NCBI GenBank assembly: GCA_947625885.1
Contig: CANQQA010000008.1
Span: forward strand, 12,492 to 76,491
Length of the DNA: 64,000 nucleotides
Origin: an uncultured Bacteroidales bacterium
GTDB taxonomy: Bacteria; Bacteroidota; Bacteroidia; Bacteroidales; UBA11471
Direction of reading: 5' to 3'
In this document: positions 37,942-48,018 of the stretch, piece by piece
Layout: every line of letters begins with the position of its first letter
How positions within the stretch are numbered: the first letter of the stretch is position 1
Program-made: the position numbers and the translations under genes
The notes under the pieces: generated by a model
Seen by the model: only the letters and a program-made list of their open reading frames with translations
The model's database searches: none
What the model was told of the DNA's origin: nothing

Positions 37942-39084
37942 TTATCTGCCGTGTTGCAACGCGGCTCTGATACGGAAAAATATTTCGGTGTTTTCGAGCA
38001 CGCCGCAAAAATCGTCGGCGTGCGGACCGTAGGCATATACGGGCACGGGCACAGGGGAGTGTCCTGTCGAGGTAAAGCGCCCTGATACCCGACCTTCGCT
38101 TATATCGCCATCGCCCAATGCCAAACCGCCGGTTTCGTGGTCGGCGAGTATGACGACAAGAGTTTCGCCATTGCTGTCGGCAAAACGCAAGGCTTCGGCA
38201 ACGGCTTTATCGAAATCAAGGGTTTCGCGCACAACACCTTCAATGTCGTTTCCGTGTGCGGCATGGTCTATTTCCGCTCCTTCGATGAGCAGAAAAAATC
38301 CTTTGTCGGACTTGTCGGCAAGAAATTTCATGGCAAATTCGGATACCGAACGCAGGTAGTCGGAGTCGCGTCCGTTTTGCACCTGTTCGGCATCACGGTC
38401 GCAGGCAATCAAGGCTACTTTTTTATCGGCAGCGAGCTCGGGCAGTGTGCGAAAGTCGTGCACGACAGTAAAACCGTGCGCCCGCAACGAATCGAGCTTT
38501 CCGCCTCCCACATTCTCGAAGAGCGATACGCTGCTGCCGGCAACAAAAGAAGCACGCGTGTCGGCAAGGTCGGTAAGTATTTCGGCAGTCATACTCCGTT
38601 TGGGTTGATGAGCATAAAAAGCAGCAGGCGTAGCGCCCGAAATTTTGTCGGTGGTAACGATACCGGTGGCATAACCGCGAGCGGCAAGTATCTCGGTCAT
38701 ATTTTCGAGGGTGTCGCCGGCAGCGGCGGTGCCGACACAACTGTTATCGGTTTTCCTGCCTGTGGCATAAGCGGTGCCGGCAGCTGCCGAGTCGGTGATG
38801 TAGCGGTTGCCCGACTGCGTGCGGACAAGCCCGATATGATGCAGTCGTGCAATGGTGAGATCGCCGCGGTTGGCATAGAGGGCAGAAGCCATGTGTGCCA
38901 GCCCCATGCCGTCGCCCACCATCAGTATGACGTTCTTCACGGGAGCATTTACACCGTCGTTGCGGTAGGTCGGCTCGTAAACAGGCTGTGCCGACGGCAG
39001 GATATAGACTTTTTCGTCCTGCGCCTTTATTGCTGTCGGAAGCAACAAGGCTGCCAACAGCAGAATGATTCCATATTTTTTCAT
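37942..39084 (-). CDS. Alkaline phosphatase (PhoA family), secreted
   Basis: Start trimmed to MKKYGIILLLAALLLPTAIKAQ. VILMVGDGMG and the active-site TDSAAAGTAYATG. Confidence 0.85.
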   Translation of the reverse strand: MKKYGIILLLAALLLPTAIKAQDEKVYILPSAQPVYEPTYRNDGVNAPVKNVILMVGDGMGLAHMASALYANRGDLTIARLHHIGLVRTQSGNRYITDSAAAGTAYATGRKTDNSCVGTAAAGDTLENMTEILAARGYATGIVTTDKISGATPAAFYAHQPKRSMTAEILTDLADTRASFVAGSSVSLFENVGGGKLDSLRAHGFTVVHDFRTLPELAADKKVALIACDRDAEQVQNGRDSDYLRSVSEFAMKFLADKSDKGFFLLIEGAEIDHAAHGNDIEGVVRETLDFDKAVAEALRFADSNGETLVVILADHETGGLALGDGDISEGRVSGRFTSTGHSPVPVPVYAYGPHADDFCGVLENTEIFFRIRAALQHGR

Positions 39085-39167
39085 GATTAAACTCTTTTTT
39101 AACGGGGACAAATATAATCATTCGTTCCGATTCCATTGCGGAATTTTACATTTTTTTGGAAAAAACA

Positions 39168-39198
39168 AAAGAGCGCGTATGTCGTATACGCGCTCTTT
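39168..39198 (-). terminator. rpsA terminator
   Basis: AAAGAGCGCGTAT / ATACGCGCTCTTT 13-bp arms with a 5-nt loop; on the minus strand it is followed by a T-rich run. Confidence 0.7.
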
Positions 39199-39218
39199 CT
39201 ATCAGCGTTCCGGAACGA

Positions 39219-41003
39219 TTATTTTCCGGAGAGTTTTTCTTTGAGGGCAGCCAATTCTTCGATGTCGCCGAGCGTGGTTTTTTCCACTTGGGGAGCTGCG
39301 ATTTCTTCGGCTGCTTTGGCAGCTTTTTTGGCGGCTTTCTTGGCGGAAGCCTCTTTGTGGGCTTCGGCTTTGGCTACATCTTCGAATATGCGGCTGTGCG
39401 AGAGTATGATACGTTTGGCGTCTTTGTTGAACTCGATGACTTTGAAATCGAGTTTTTCATCGACTTGTGCCTGCGTACCGTCTTCTTTCACCAGATGTTT
39501 GGGGGTGGCGAAACCTTCGACGCCGTAGGGCAATGCTACGACAGCGCCTTTTTCCTGCATATCGACGATGGTGCCCGGGTGTACGGAACCTACGGTAAAT
39601 ACGCTCTCGAATGCGTCCCACGGGTTGTCTTCGAGCTGTTTGTGTCCAAGACTGAGGCGACGGTTTTCCTTGTCGATTTCGAGCACTTGTACTTCGATGT
39701 CGGCACCGATTTGGGTAAATTCGGAGGGGTGTTTGATTTTCTTCGTCCACGACAGGTCGGAGATATGAATCAAGCCCTCGACACCTTCTTCTATTTCGAC
39801 GAACACGCCGAAGTTGGTGAAGTTGCGCACTTTTGCCTGATGACGCGAACCTACGGCATATTTGGTCTCGATGCTCTCCCAAGGATCGGGTTTCAGTTGT
39901 TTGATACCGAGCGACATTTTACGTTCTTCACGGTCGAGGGTGAGTACGACGGCTTCGACTTCGTCACCGACTTTCATAAAGTCTTGTGCGCTACGCAGGT
40001 GCTGCGACCACGACATTTCCGATACGTGGATAAGCCCTTCGACGCCCGGAGCTATTTCTACGAATGCGCCGTAGTCTGCCATAACGGCGACTTTGCCTTT
40101 CACTTTGTCGCCCACTTTGAGGTCGGGGTCGAGAGCGTCCCACGGGTGCGGGGTGAGTTGTTTCAGACCGAGTGCGATGCGTTTCTTCTCGTCATCGAAG
40201 TCAAGTATCACGACGTTGAGTTTCTGGTCGAGCGAAACGATTTCTTCGGGGTGGCTTACGCGACCCCACGAGAGGTCGGTGATGTGGATAAGACCGTCTA
40301 CGCCGCCGAGGTCGATGAACACGCCGTAAGAGGTGATGTTCTTGACGGTACCTTCGAGCACCTGACCTTTTTCGAGTTTGGCGATGATTTCTTTTTTCTG
40401 TTGTTCGAGCTCGGCTTCGATGAGAGCTTTGTGCGAAACAACGACGTTTTTGAATTCCTGATTGATTTTTACGACCTTAAATTCCATCGTTTTGCCGACG
40501 AATACATCGTAATCGCGTATGGGTTTTACGTCGATTTGCGAACCGGGCAAGAAGGCTTCGATGCCGAATACATCGACAATCATACCGCCTTTGGTACGGC
40601 ACTTGATGTAACCTTTGATGATTTCGTCGTTTTCGAGGGCAGCGTTTACACGGTCCCACGAGCGGGTTGCGCGCGCTTTTTTGTGGGAGAGTACCAACTG
40701 ACCTTTTTTGTCTTCCTGATTTTCGATGTACACTTCTACTTTGTCACCGACTTTGAGGTCGGGGTTGTAGCGAAATTCGTTCATCGAGATGACGCCGTCC
40801 GATTTGTAACCGATGTTCACCACCACTTCTCTTTTGTTGAGGGAGATTACGGTGCCTTCGATTACCTCTTTGTCGTTTACGGTGTTGAGCGAGCGATCGT
40901 AGGTTTCGATCAGCTCTTCGCGGCTTTTGCCGGTAACTACGTCGCCTTTTTCATAGGCGTCCCAGTCGAAATTTTCAACGGGATTGACTTGTTTTTCTTC
41001 CAT
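39219..41003 (-). CDS. rpsA: 30S ribosomal protein S1
   Basis: 594 aa with six S1 repeats (GTV..., GLIHISD/GLIHVSE motifs). Confidence 0.95.
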   Translation of the reverse strand: MEEKQVNPVENFDWDAYEKGDVVTGKSREELIETYDRSLNTVNDKEVIEGTVISLNKREVVVNIGYKSDGVISMNEFRYNPDLKVGDKVEVYIENQEDKKGQLVLSHKKARATRSWDRVNAALENDEIIKGYIKCRTKGGMIVDVFGIEAFLPGSQIDVKPIRDYDVFVGKTMEFKVVKINQEFKNVVVSHKALIEAELEQQKKEIIAKLEKGQVLEGTVKNITSYGVFIDLGGVDGLIHITDLSWGRVSHPEEIVSLDQKLNVVILDFDDEKKRIALGLKQLTPHPWDALDPDLKVGDKVKGKVAVMADYGAFVEIAPGVEGLIHVSEMSWSQHLRSAQDFMKVGDEVEAVVLTLDREERKMSLGIKQLKPDPWESIETKYAVGSRHQAKVRNFTNFGVFVEIEEGVEGLIHISDLSWTKKIKHPSEFTQIGADIEVQVLEIDKENRRLSLGHKQLEDNPWDAFESVFTVGSVHPGTIVDMQEKGAVVALPYGVEGFATPKHLVKEDGTQAQVDEKLDFKVIEFNKDAKRIILSHSRIFEDVAKAEAHKEASAKKAAKKAAKAAEEIAAPQVEKTTLGDIEELAALKEKLSGK

Positions 41004-41147
41004 TGTTGTTTAATAATTTGATTTTCTTACTACTAAATTAGACATTATATGGTCTTAAAAATCGGGAGCAAAGGTAGTATTTTTTTTCGAGCGGGCAAAA
41101 TAATAGGGACGCAAAAGATTACGTCCGTAAAAATATGTTCCATTTTC

Positions 41148-42143
41148 TCAGTGGTGGCGGTCGATGAAGAGTTCGTCGATGAGTTCTTTCGGCGGGGCAG
41201 GCAGTGCGGGCAGTGTGTCGCGCCGGCTTCCGCGTGTACTTTTATCGGATTCGCAGCCGCGTATATGGGCGCGGTATTCCAGCGGAGTATATCCGGTCTT
41301 TTTCTTGAATATGGCGAAGAAGTGCTCCGACGATTTATAATTGAGCATGTAGGCTACTTCTTTCACGGAGAAAGAGGTATGCACGAGCAGGTCTTCGGCT
41401 TTTTTTATTTTGAGTTCCTGATAGTATTTGGCGGGAGCATAGCCGGTGTGCTCTTTGAAGAGCTTGCGAAACCAGCTGTACGAAAGATTGAGTTTGGCTG
41501 CAAGCTCCTCGACATCGACCTCTTTGTAGAGGTTTTCTATCATGATGATTTTGGCTCGCTCTATTTTCTGACTGATGTTGTCTTCTTCAAAGACGTTGTT
41601 GTGCGAAAGGTAACACGACAAACCGAGCATGTGCACGATAATGCCGCAAAGACGTTCCTGCACAGCATTTTTGTCGGCTTTTCCTACTTCTATGGCTTCT
41701 TGAAAAAGACGCACCAACTCGGCATTGAAGCCTACTTTCAGTATGGGACGGGCAGGCGACATTCCGGCTTCATCGAGGTACGACAGCGCGGCGCTGCCGT
41801 TGAAACCTATGTAGTATTCGTTCCAGCCGGTCTTTTCGTTTGGGGAATAGGTGTGCCACTCGTCCGGAAAGAGACACACCAGCGAACCTTTTTCCAACGG
41901 TTGCGTAGAGAGGTGTGCTGAAGCAAACGTACCGCCGCCTTTGGTGATATAGAGGAGCTGGTATTCTTGAAGTATCCGTCCCTTGCCGGCATTGAAGAAG
42001 TAACCCGACGGGTGATTTCTCAGCGGATAGTGCTCGCCCGATTTCACCGACTGAAAACCGACGGCATCGACGCAGAGTCCGAAATGTGCGTCGTGCGCCC
42101 CCGAGAAGTATTTTACAGAGTTTTCCAAATTGTTATAATTCAT
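41148..42143 (-). CDS. AraC-family transcriptional regulator
   Basis: Cupin-like N-terminal domain and C-terminal HTH_18 (...VEELAAKLNLSYSWFRKLFKEHTGYAPAKYY...SEHFFAIFKKKTGYTPLEYR). Confidence 0.8.
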   Translation of the reverse strand: MNYNNLENSVKYFSGAHDAHFGLCVDAVGFQSVKSGEHYPLRNHPSGYFFNAGKGRILQEYQLLYITKGGGTFASAHLSTQPLEKGSLVCLFPDEWHTYSPNEKTGWNEYYIGFNGSAALSYLDEAGMSPARPILKVGFNAELVRLFQEAIEVGKADKNAVQERLCGIIVHMLGLSCYLSHNNVFEEDNISQKIERAKIIMIENLYKEVDVEELAAKLNLSYSWFRKLFKEHTGYAPAKYYQELKIKKAEDLLVHTSFSVKEVAYMLNYKSSEHFFAIFKKKTGYTPLEYRAHIRGCESDKSTRGSRRDTLPALPAPPKELIDELFIDRHH

Positions 42144-42332
42144 AAATTCTGTTTATAAATACCTTACTTGACGCAAATATAATATATTTTTTGAAAAAGA
42201 CAAAAAGATATGTATAAAAATCAATTTGTGGGGAGTCGGGATTTTCCCGAAATAAAAAAGCAAGACGGGGAAAAAAGAAAATAAAAAAATGGGACAACGG
42301 ATCGGAAACGAGTGGACGCACTTCTCTCTCCC

Positions 42333-42369
42333 GCCACCCGCGTAGGCGGGTGGCTTTCTCTTTTTCTTT
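42333..42369 (+). terminator. Orphan plus-strand intrinsic terminator
   Basis: GCCACCCGC-GTAG-GCGGGTGGC followed by TTTCTCTTTTTCTTT; no annotated plus-strand gene upstream. Confidence 0.5.
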
Positions 42370-42485
42370 GCGGCACGGCGGGTAGAGTGCAGCGGGGAAA
42401 AACGGCGAGGTGGAAAATTTTTCTGTTTTCTTTTGCGGGTAATAAATTTATTACCTATATTTATATTTTCCAAATATTGAAAGCA

Positions 42486-42717
42486 ACGCCTACTATTTTT
42501 ATTTTATTCGGTTTCCGATTCATGTTTTACGCCAACGACCACGAGCCTATTCACGTACACGTCGTGAAAGGGGATACGGGCAAAGTTTTCTTTGAACCCT
42601 GTTTCGTTGGTCGAAAATCACGGCTTAAAGCCGGCGGAGCTGAAAATGGTTGAAGCGGTCATCGAAGAAAACCGCGAAATCATTGCCGAACATTGGAACA
42701 AATTTTTTAACAGCTAA
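42486..42717 (+). pseudogene. DUF4160 family gene, degraded (start codon lost and frameshifted)
   Basis: T-PTIFILFGFRFMFYANDHEPIHVHV matches the MPTI...NDH.P.H.H family pattern but begins ACG. After ...KVFFEP the frame shifts to SLVENHGLKPAELKMVEAVIEENREIIAEHWNKFFNS*. Confidence 0.55.
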
Positions 42718-42723
42718 ATAGTT

Positions 42724-43125
42724 ATGATTACGATTAGGGATATATGGCTTTCCGATACGGGGGTGTGCATTCGGACGGACGACAGCAGGGTGGCTTGCGA
42801 AAAGTTTGCCGACTACCCGCGTCTGAAATATGCAACGCCGGCGCAGCGGGCGAATTTCTCGCACGATGCTTTCGGCATTCACTGGGAGGAACTCGACGAG
42901 GATTTGAGTTTCGAGGGATTTTTCCGTTCCAAAAAGGAGAATACGTTATACGACCTGTTCATGGCACACCCCGAAATCAACGCTTCTGCCATAGCGCGGC
43001 GATTGGGTATGGCGCAAAGCCTGTTGGCGCAGTATATCAGCGGGTCGAAACGTCCGTCGCCCGAACGGTTGGAATCTATAAAAGCGGAAATCCGGCGCAT
43101 CGGGGCGGAACTGGCGGCGGTGTGA
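42724..43125 (+). CDS. DUF2442 domain protein fused to an XRE-type HTH
   Basis: N-terminus ...LSDTGVCIRTDDSRV...YPRLKYATPAQRANF...GIHWEELDEDLS; C-terminus INASAIARRLGMAQSLLAQYISGSKRPSPERL. Confidence 0.65.
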   Translation: MITIRDIWLSDTGVCIRTDDSRVACEKFADYPRLKYATPAQRANFSHDAFGIHWEELDEDLSFEGFFRSKKENTLYDLFMAHPEINASAIARRLGMAQSLLAQYISGSKRPSPERLESIKAEIRRIGAELAAV

Positions 43126-43325
43126 ACGGCTTTTACGGAGAAACGCTCTCCCTTTGCGGATAACCCGCAAGGAGATTTTTTATGCCGTTTTGCGTGGGCG
43201 ATACCTCCCCCCTCTCCTGTTGTTGGAATAAAAAACGGGACGGCAAGCCGTCCCGTTTCAGGTATTGGGTGTCGGGAAGTGCGGAAACCGTCCGGTTTCT
43301 TTCTCCCGCCAAATGTATGGTTCGA

Positions 43326-44378
43326 TTATTTTACGATAATCACTTTCTTGCCGTTTACGATGTAAAGTCCGCTTTCGAGGGTGTTGAGGACGGCTGCATC
43401 GTCGGATTTGAGTACCAGCACGCCTTGCAGGTTGTAAACGGTTACGCCTTCAGCGGCAGCTTCTACTTTTACCGTAGAGTCGACAGAGGGGTCATCGGCT
43501 GGTATCTGATACATGAAACCCCAGTCTGTATTAGTTACGCTCTCGACTTCGCCTTTACTGAATGCTTCGTCGCCAAATGTACTGGCAGGTATTATTACTT
43601 GCAAAAAAGAACCGGGTGAGGCAAGAGTTGTATCCTGACCGTTTGCGCCTATGGGAGTAACGGTTGCGCTCATTCCGTCGTCAGCAAGGTCGATACGGGA
43701 AGAATACATTTCATATGTTCCCCAATCCAAAATTCCTTGACCTTGTATTTCGACAGAAGATTTCCCCTCTGCAAGGTAGGCTTTTTTGGCAAAGGTAATG
43801 GTAACTTTTTTGAGGGTATCTATAACTCCTCCCTCATAATCACCGGTCATGGGATCGACCAATACAGCAGAAGCGGGTGAAACCTCAACATACTTAAGCA
43901 CTTCCGGAATCAGGTAGAATGCGCTAACATCGGCATTGACTTTGCCTTTTGTGTTATCGCTCACCCATTCTTTGGTACCAAGTGTTCCACCCGGCAAGAA
44001 AAACGCAAGGGAATCAGGCTCTGTCAATTCAATCGGATTACCGTCTGCATCGAGAGGAAACATCAAAACAGAAGATCCATTCTTGTTATCTAATATAGTA
44101 GCATAGAGATCGTACTGCAGACCCCCTTTTTTCATAGAACCCAAAGCCACTTTCACCGTATCACTCTTCTTTTCCTCCCTGAAATAAAGCGTGTCGGGAA
44201 ATGCTACTATTATAGACGAGAGAGGAGCCAACTCTCCATACTCATTTACAACCACTTCCAGCTTTGTGGCATCGGTACCACCTTTCGGAGAAATGGACGT
44301 CGGGTTAATTTCTGTCTGTGCCGAAGCACCGAATGCAGCCAATGTCATAGCTGCAACAAAAAGTAGTTTTTTCTTCAT
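43326..44378 (-). CDS. Secreted hypothetical protein with a T9SS C-terminal sorting domain
   Basis: Signal peptide MKKKLLFVAAMTLAAFGASAQ; tail ...VTVYNLQGVLVLKSDDAAVLNTLESGLYIVNGKKVIIVK. Confidence 0.7.
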   Translation of the reverse strand: MKKKLLFVAAMTLAAFGASAQTEINPTSISPKGGTDATKLEVVVNEYGELAPLSSIIVAFPDTLYFREEKKSDTVKVALGSMKKGGLQYDLYATILDNKNGSSVLMFPLDADGNPIELTEPDSLAFFLPGGTLGTKEWVSDNTKGKVNADVSAFYLIPEVLKYVEVSPASAVLVDPMTGDYEGGVIDTLKKVTITFAKKAYLAEGKSSVEIQGQGILDWGTYEMYSSRIDLADDGMSATVTPIGANGQDTTLASPGSFLQVIIPASTFGDEAFSKGEVESVTNTDWGFMYQIPADDPSVDSTVKVEAAAEGVTVYNLQGVLVLKSDDAAVLNTLESGLYIVNGKKVIIVK

Positions 44379-44677
44379 AACAACTTTTTTAATTACACAA
44401 TAAAGTTTATTATTTCATTTTTTGATTATTATACCTATTTCTTTCGTTTTCCGTGCACACCTATACAATCTTTGCTTTTAGTAGCAAAGTAAAGAAATAT
44501 TTAGGAAAATGATATACTATATGATACTTATTTATATTTTTTTAACATCGGAGAAAACAGAAGAAGGGAGAGAAAACGAGTGACTTTTTTTTGCACGTCC
44601 TATACCGTGCAAAAAAATCGGGCAGACGTATAGAGTCTGCCCGACCGGATAATGAAAAGAAACTATTGTTTTTTAGG

Positions 44678-45406
44678 CTATTCTTCTTCGTCGGGTTCTT
44701 TCATGTTGTGGAAGACGTTTTGCACGTCTTCATCGTCTTCGATGCGCTCGATGAGTTTTTCGATTTGGGCGCGCTGTTCGTCGGTAACTTCCTTCGTGTC
44801 GTTGGGAATGCGCTCGAACTCGGCAGAGGTAATCTCGAAACCGTTGTCTTCGAGGTATTTCTGTATGGCGTTGAAGGATTCAAATTCGCCGTAGAGTACG
44901 ATTTCTTCGTCGTCGGCATCGAGTTCGTCGACACCGAAGTCGATGAGTTCGAGTTCGAGGTCGTCGAGCGACACGCCGTCTTTGGGTTTGACGTGGAAAA
45001 CGCTCTTGTGCTCGAAAAGGAAAGAGAGGCTTCCGGAGGTGCCGAGCGAGCCGCCGGCTTTGTTGAAATAGCTGCGAATGTTGGCGACGGTGCGGTTGTT
45101 GTTGTCGGTGGCGGTTTCGACGACGATGGCGATGCCGTAAGGTCCGTAGCCCTCGAAGAGTACTTCCTTGTAGTCGCCTTCGTCTTTGGAGGTGGCTTTT
45201 TTGATGGCGCGCTCGACGTTTTCTTTCGGCATATTGGCGGCTTTGGCGTTCTGAATGAGGACGCGGAGGCGGGGGTTGGCGTCGGGGTCGGGACCGCCGG
45301 CTTTTACGGCGATGGATATTTCTTTTCCGAGTTTGGTAAAGGTGCGTGCCATGTTGCCCCACCGTTTGAGTTTACGGGCTTTCCGGTATTCAAATGCTCT
45401 TCCCAT
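44678..45406 (-). CDS. yebC: YebC/PmpR-family transcriptional regulator
   Basis: MGRAFEYRKARKLKRWGNMARTFTKLGKEI...; 242 aa. Confidence 0.9.
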   Translation of the reverse strand: MGRAFEYRKARKLKRWGNMARTFTKLGKEISIAVKAGGPDPDANPRLRVLIQNAKAANMPKENVERAIKKATSKDEGDYKEVLFEGYGPYGIAIVVETATDNNNRTVANIRSYFNKAGGSLGTSGSLSFLFEHKSVFHVKPKDGVSLDDLELELIDFGVDELDADDEEIVLYGEFESFNAIQKYLEDNGFEITSAEFERIPNDTKEVTDEQRAQIEKLIERIEDDEDVQNVFHNMKEPDEEE

Positions 45407-45453
45407 ATTGTTCTGTTTTTTTCTGTATATATAATGTATGAAATTTTCGGAGT

Positions 45454-47916
45454 TTATCGCAGCTCGGCACCGAGTTTGTTGCGAAGATTGGCGACGACGC
45501 GCTGCATGATGTTTTCAATTTGCCGCTCGTCGAGGGTCTTTGTCTCGTCCTGCAAAAGCAGGGCTACGGCATACGACTTTTTGCCGGCGGGGAGATTTTT
45601 GCCTTCGTAGACGTCGAAGAGGGTTACGCTGCGTATGATGCGGCGGTCGGACTCGAGCACGGTTTTCTCGACGTCGGCAAAGGTAACGGCGTTGTCGAGC
45701 AAGAGCGCCAAATCGCGTCTGACGGGGGGATATTTGGGTATCTCGGTGAAAGTAACTTTCTTGCCTGCCATACGCATGAGGAGCGACCAGTCGAGTTCGG
45801 CGAAAGCGACTTCGGCGTCGATGTCGCATTTTTTCAGCATCTTGCGGGCGACGATACCGAGACGGCCGACCGCACGACCGTCGCGCGAGGCGATGTCGAG
45901 GGCGGCGGAGAAAAGCTCGTCGGCGCTCTGCGTAAAGGTGAGGCGGCGGCTCTCGATTCCGATGCGGGCGAAGATGTTTTCGACGTGGGCTTTCAGCTCG
46001 AATACGCCGGATTTTTCATCGGGGTGCGCCCAGCTGCCGGCGACGCGGTTTCCGGTAATCCACAAGGCGAGGTGTTGCGTTTCGCTGTACGGAGCGAGCA
46101 CCTTAGCGGAGGCATCGGCGACGGGGTCGAAGCGGTAGCAGTTGCCGAACTCGTAGAAACGGAGGTCGGGACGGCGGCGGTTGATATTGCGGGCAATGCT
46201 CTCCAACCCGCCGAACAGAAGGGTCTGGCGCAGGACGCTGAGGTCGGCGCTCAGGGGGTTGAGCAGGCGGACGCAACGGTCGGCGGGGAACAGGGCAGAG
46301 TCGGCATAATAGGCTACTTTCGTGAGCGAATTGTTCATAATTTCGTTGAAGCCGCAGCCGGTGAGCTGTTCGGAGATAAGCCGCTGCATGGCGTAGCTGC
46401 TGTCGGTCGGGGTTTTATAGGAGAGGTTGGAGTGTACGGTGTCGGTAACCTCCACGTTGTTGTAACCGTAAATGCGGAGTATGTCTTCGATAACATCGAC
46501 GGGGCGCTGCACATCGACACGGTAGGTGGGGACGCGCAGGGTGAGCACACCGTCGGCATCGGCGACGATTTCGACTTCGAGGGAGCGAAGTATTTCACGC
46601 ACGACGTCATGGGGTATCTGTTTGCCGACGAGGGCGTCAATGTGGTCGTAGGCGAGGGTTACGGGGTACGGGGCGACCGGCTCGGGATAGATATCAACGA
46701 TGTCGCCGGTGATTTCGCCGCCTGCCAACTCCTTGACTAAGAGGGCGGCACGTTTGAGTACATAGATAGTGTCGTTGGGGTCGACGCCGCGCTCGAAGCG
46801 GAAAGAGGCGTCGGTGGAGAGCCCGTGCCGGCGGGCTGTCTTGCGCACCCACGTGGGGTGGAAACAGGCGGATTCGAGAAAGACGTCGGTGGTGGCAGCG
46901 GTTACGCCCGACTGCAACCCGCCGAATACGCCGGCGATGCACATACCTTCACGGTCGTTGCATATCATGAGGTCGCGGTCGGAGAGCTTGCGCTCTACCT
47001 CGTCGAGGGTTACGAAGGGGGTGCCTTCGGGGAGGGTCTTCACCCGAACAGTGCCGCCCGATATCTGTTTCACATCGAAACAGTGGAGGGGCTGCCCTGT
47101 GGCGTGCAGCAGGTAGTTGGTAATATCGACGATGTTGTTGATGGGTCGCAAGCCGATGGCGGAGAGGCGTTTTTTCAGCCAGTCGGGGCTTTCGGCGACG
47201 CGGACGCCGCGTATCGTCAAGCCGCTGTATCGAATGCAGGCTTCGGGATTTTCGACGGAAACTTTTATGGCATCGCCCGCCGGATTGTCGATGCGGAAAG
47301 CTTCGACGGAGGGGCGGTGCAGCTCGGGCTCGACTCCCTGCCGGCGCAGCCATGCCGCCAAATCGCGCGCCACGCCGTAATGCGAGGCGGCATCGATGCG
47401 GTTGGGGGTAATATCGACTTCGAGTATATAATCGCTTTCGAGGTGGTAGTATTCTTTGGCAGGGGTGCCCGGACGGGCAGTGTCGGGCAAGACGATGATG
47501 CCGTCGTGCGAGGTGCCGATGCCTATTTCGTCTTCGGCGCAAATCATGCCGAAACTCTCGGCGCCGCGTATTTTCGATTTCTTGATAGTGAAACTTTGAT
47601 CGCCGGAGTAGAGCACCGTGCCTATGGTGGCAACGATGACGTGCTGTCCGGCGGCGACGTTGGGTGCGCCGCAGACTATCTGCACGGGCTGCCCGTCGCC
47701 CAAATCGACGGTGGTGATGTGCAGGTGGTCGGAATCGGGGTGGTCGATGCAGGTAAGCACTTTGCCTACGACCAGCCCTTCGAGTCCGCCGCGTATGGCT
47801 TGCACCTCTTCGATGCCGCCGGTTTCAAGACCTATGGAGGTGAGGGCTGCCGCCGTTTCTTCGGGGGTGAGCGCCAGATGCAGGTACTCTTTCAGCCAAT
47901 TATACGAAATATTCAT
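45454..47916 (-). CDS. pheT: Phenylalanine--tRNA ligase beta subunit
   Basis: MNISYNWLKEYL...; tRNA-binding, B3/4, B5 and FDX-ACB regions; 820 aa. Confidence 0.95.
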   Translation of the reverse strand: MNISYNWLKEYLHLALTPEETAAALTSIGLETGGIEEVQAIRGGLEGLVVGKVLTCIDHPDSDHLHITTVDLGDGQPVQIVCGAPNVAAGQHVIVATIGTVLYSGDQSFTIKKSKIRGAESFGMICAEDEIGIGTSHDGIIVLPDTARPGTPAKEYYHLESDYILEVDITPNRIDAASHYGVARDLAAWLRRQGVEPELHRPSVEAFRIDNPAGDAIKVSVENPEACIRYSGLTIRGVRVAESPDWLKKRLSAIGLRPINNIVDITNYLLHATGQPLHCFDVKQISGGTVRVKTLPEGTPFVTLDEVERKLSDRDLMICNDREGMCIAGVFGGLQSGVTAATTDVFLESACFHPTWVRKTARRHGLSTDASFRFERGVDPNDTIYVLKRAALLVKELAGGEITGDIVDIYPEPVAPYPVTLAYDHIDALVGKQIPHDVVREILRSLEVEIVADADGVLTLRVPTYRVDVQRPVDVIEDILRIYGYNNVEVTDTVHSNLSYKTPTDSSYAMQRLISEQLTGCGFNEIMNNSLTKVAYYADSALFPADRCVRLLNPLSADLSVLRQTLLFGGLESIARNINRRRPDLRFYEFGNCYRFDPVADASAKVLAPYSETQHLALWITGNRVAGSWAHPDEKSGVFELKAHVENIFARIGIESRRLTFTQSADELFSAALDIASRDGRAVGRLGIVARKMLKKCDIDAEVAFAELDWSLLMRMAGKKVTFTEIPKYPPVRRDLALLLDNAVTFADVEKTVLESDRRIIRSVTLFDVYEGKNLPAGKKSYAVALLLQDETKTLDERQIENIMQRVVANLRNKLGAELR

Positions 47917-48018
47917 TTTTTTTCTTGCTTTTATCGAACGATGCGGCGGCTTCGGCGAAAACGCCGCTTCTTTTTTTGCGTATGCAAAGGTAATAAGATT
48001 TTTGTTTATTTATGTTTT

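Noticed and set aside
39156-41021. 621-aa plus-strand ORF antisense to rpsA
   Set aside because: Its Phe/Val/Asp/Gly-rich composition simply reflects the reverse complement of rpsA codons. rpsA is unambiguous.
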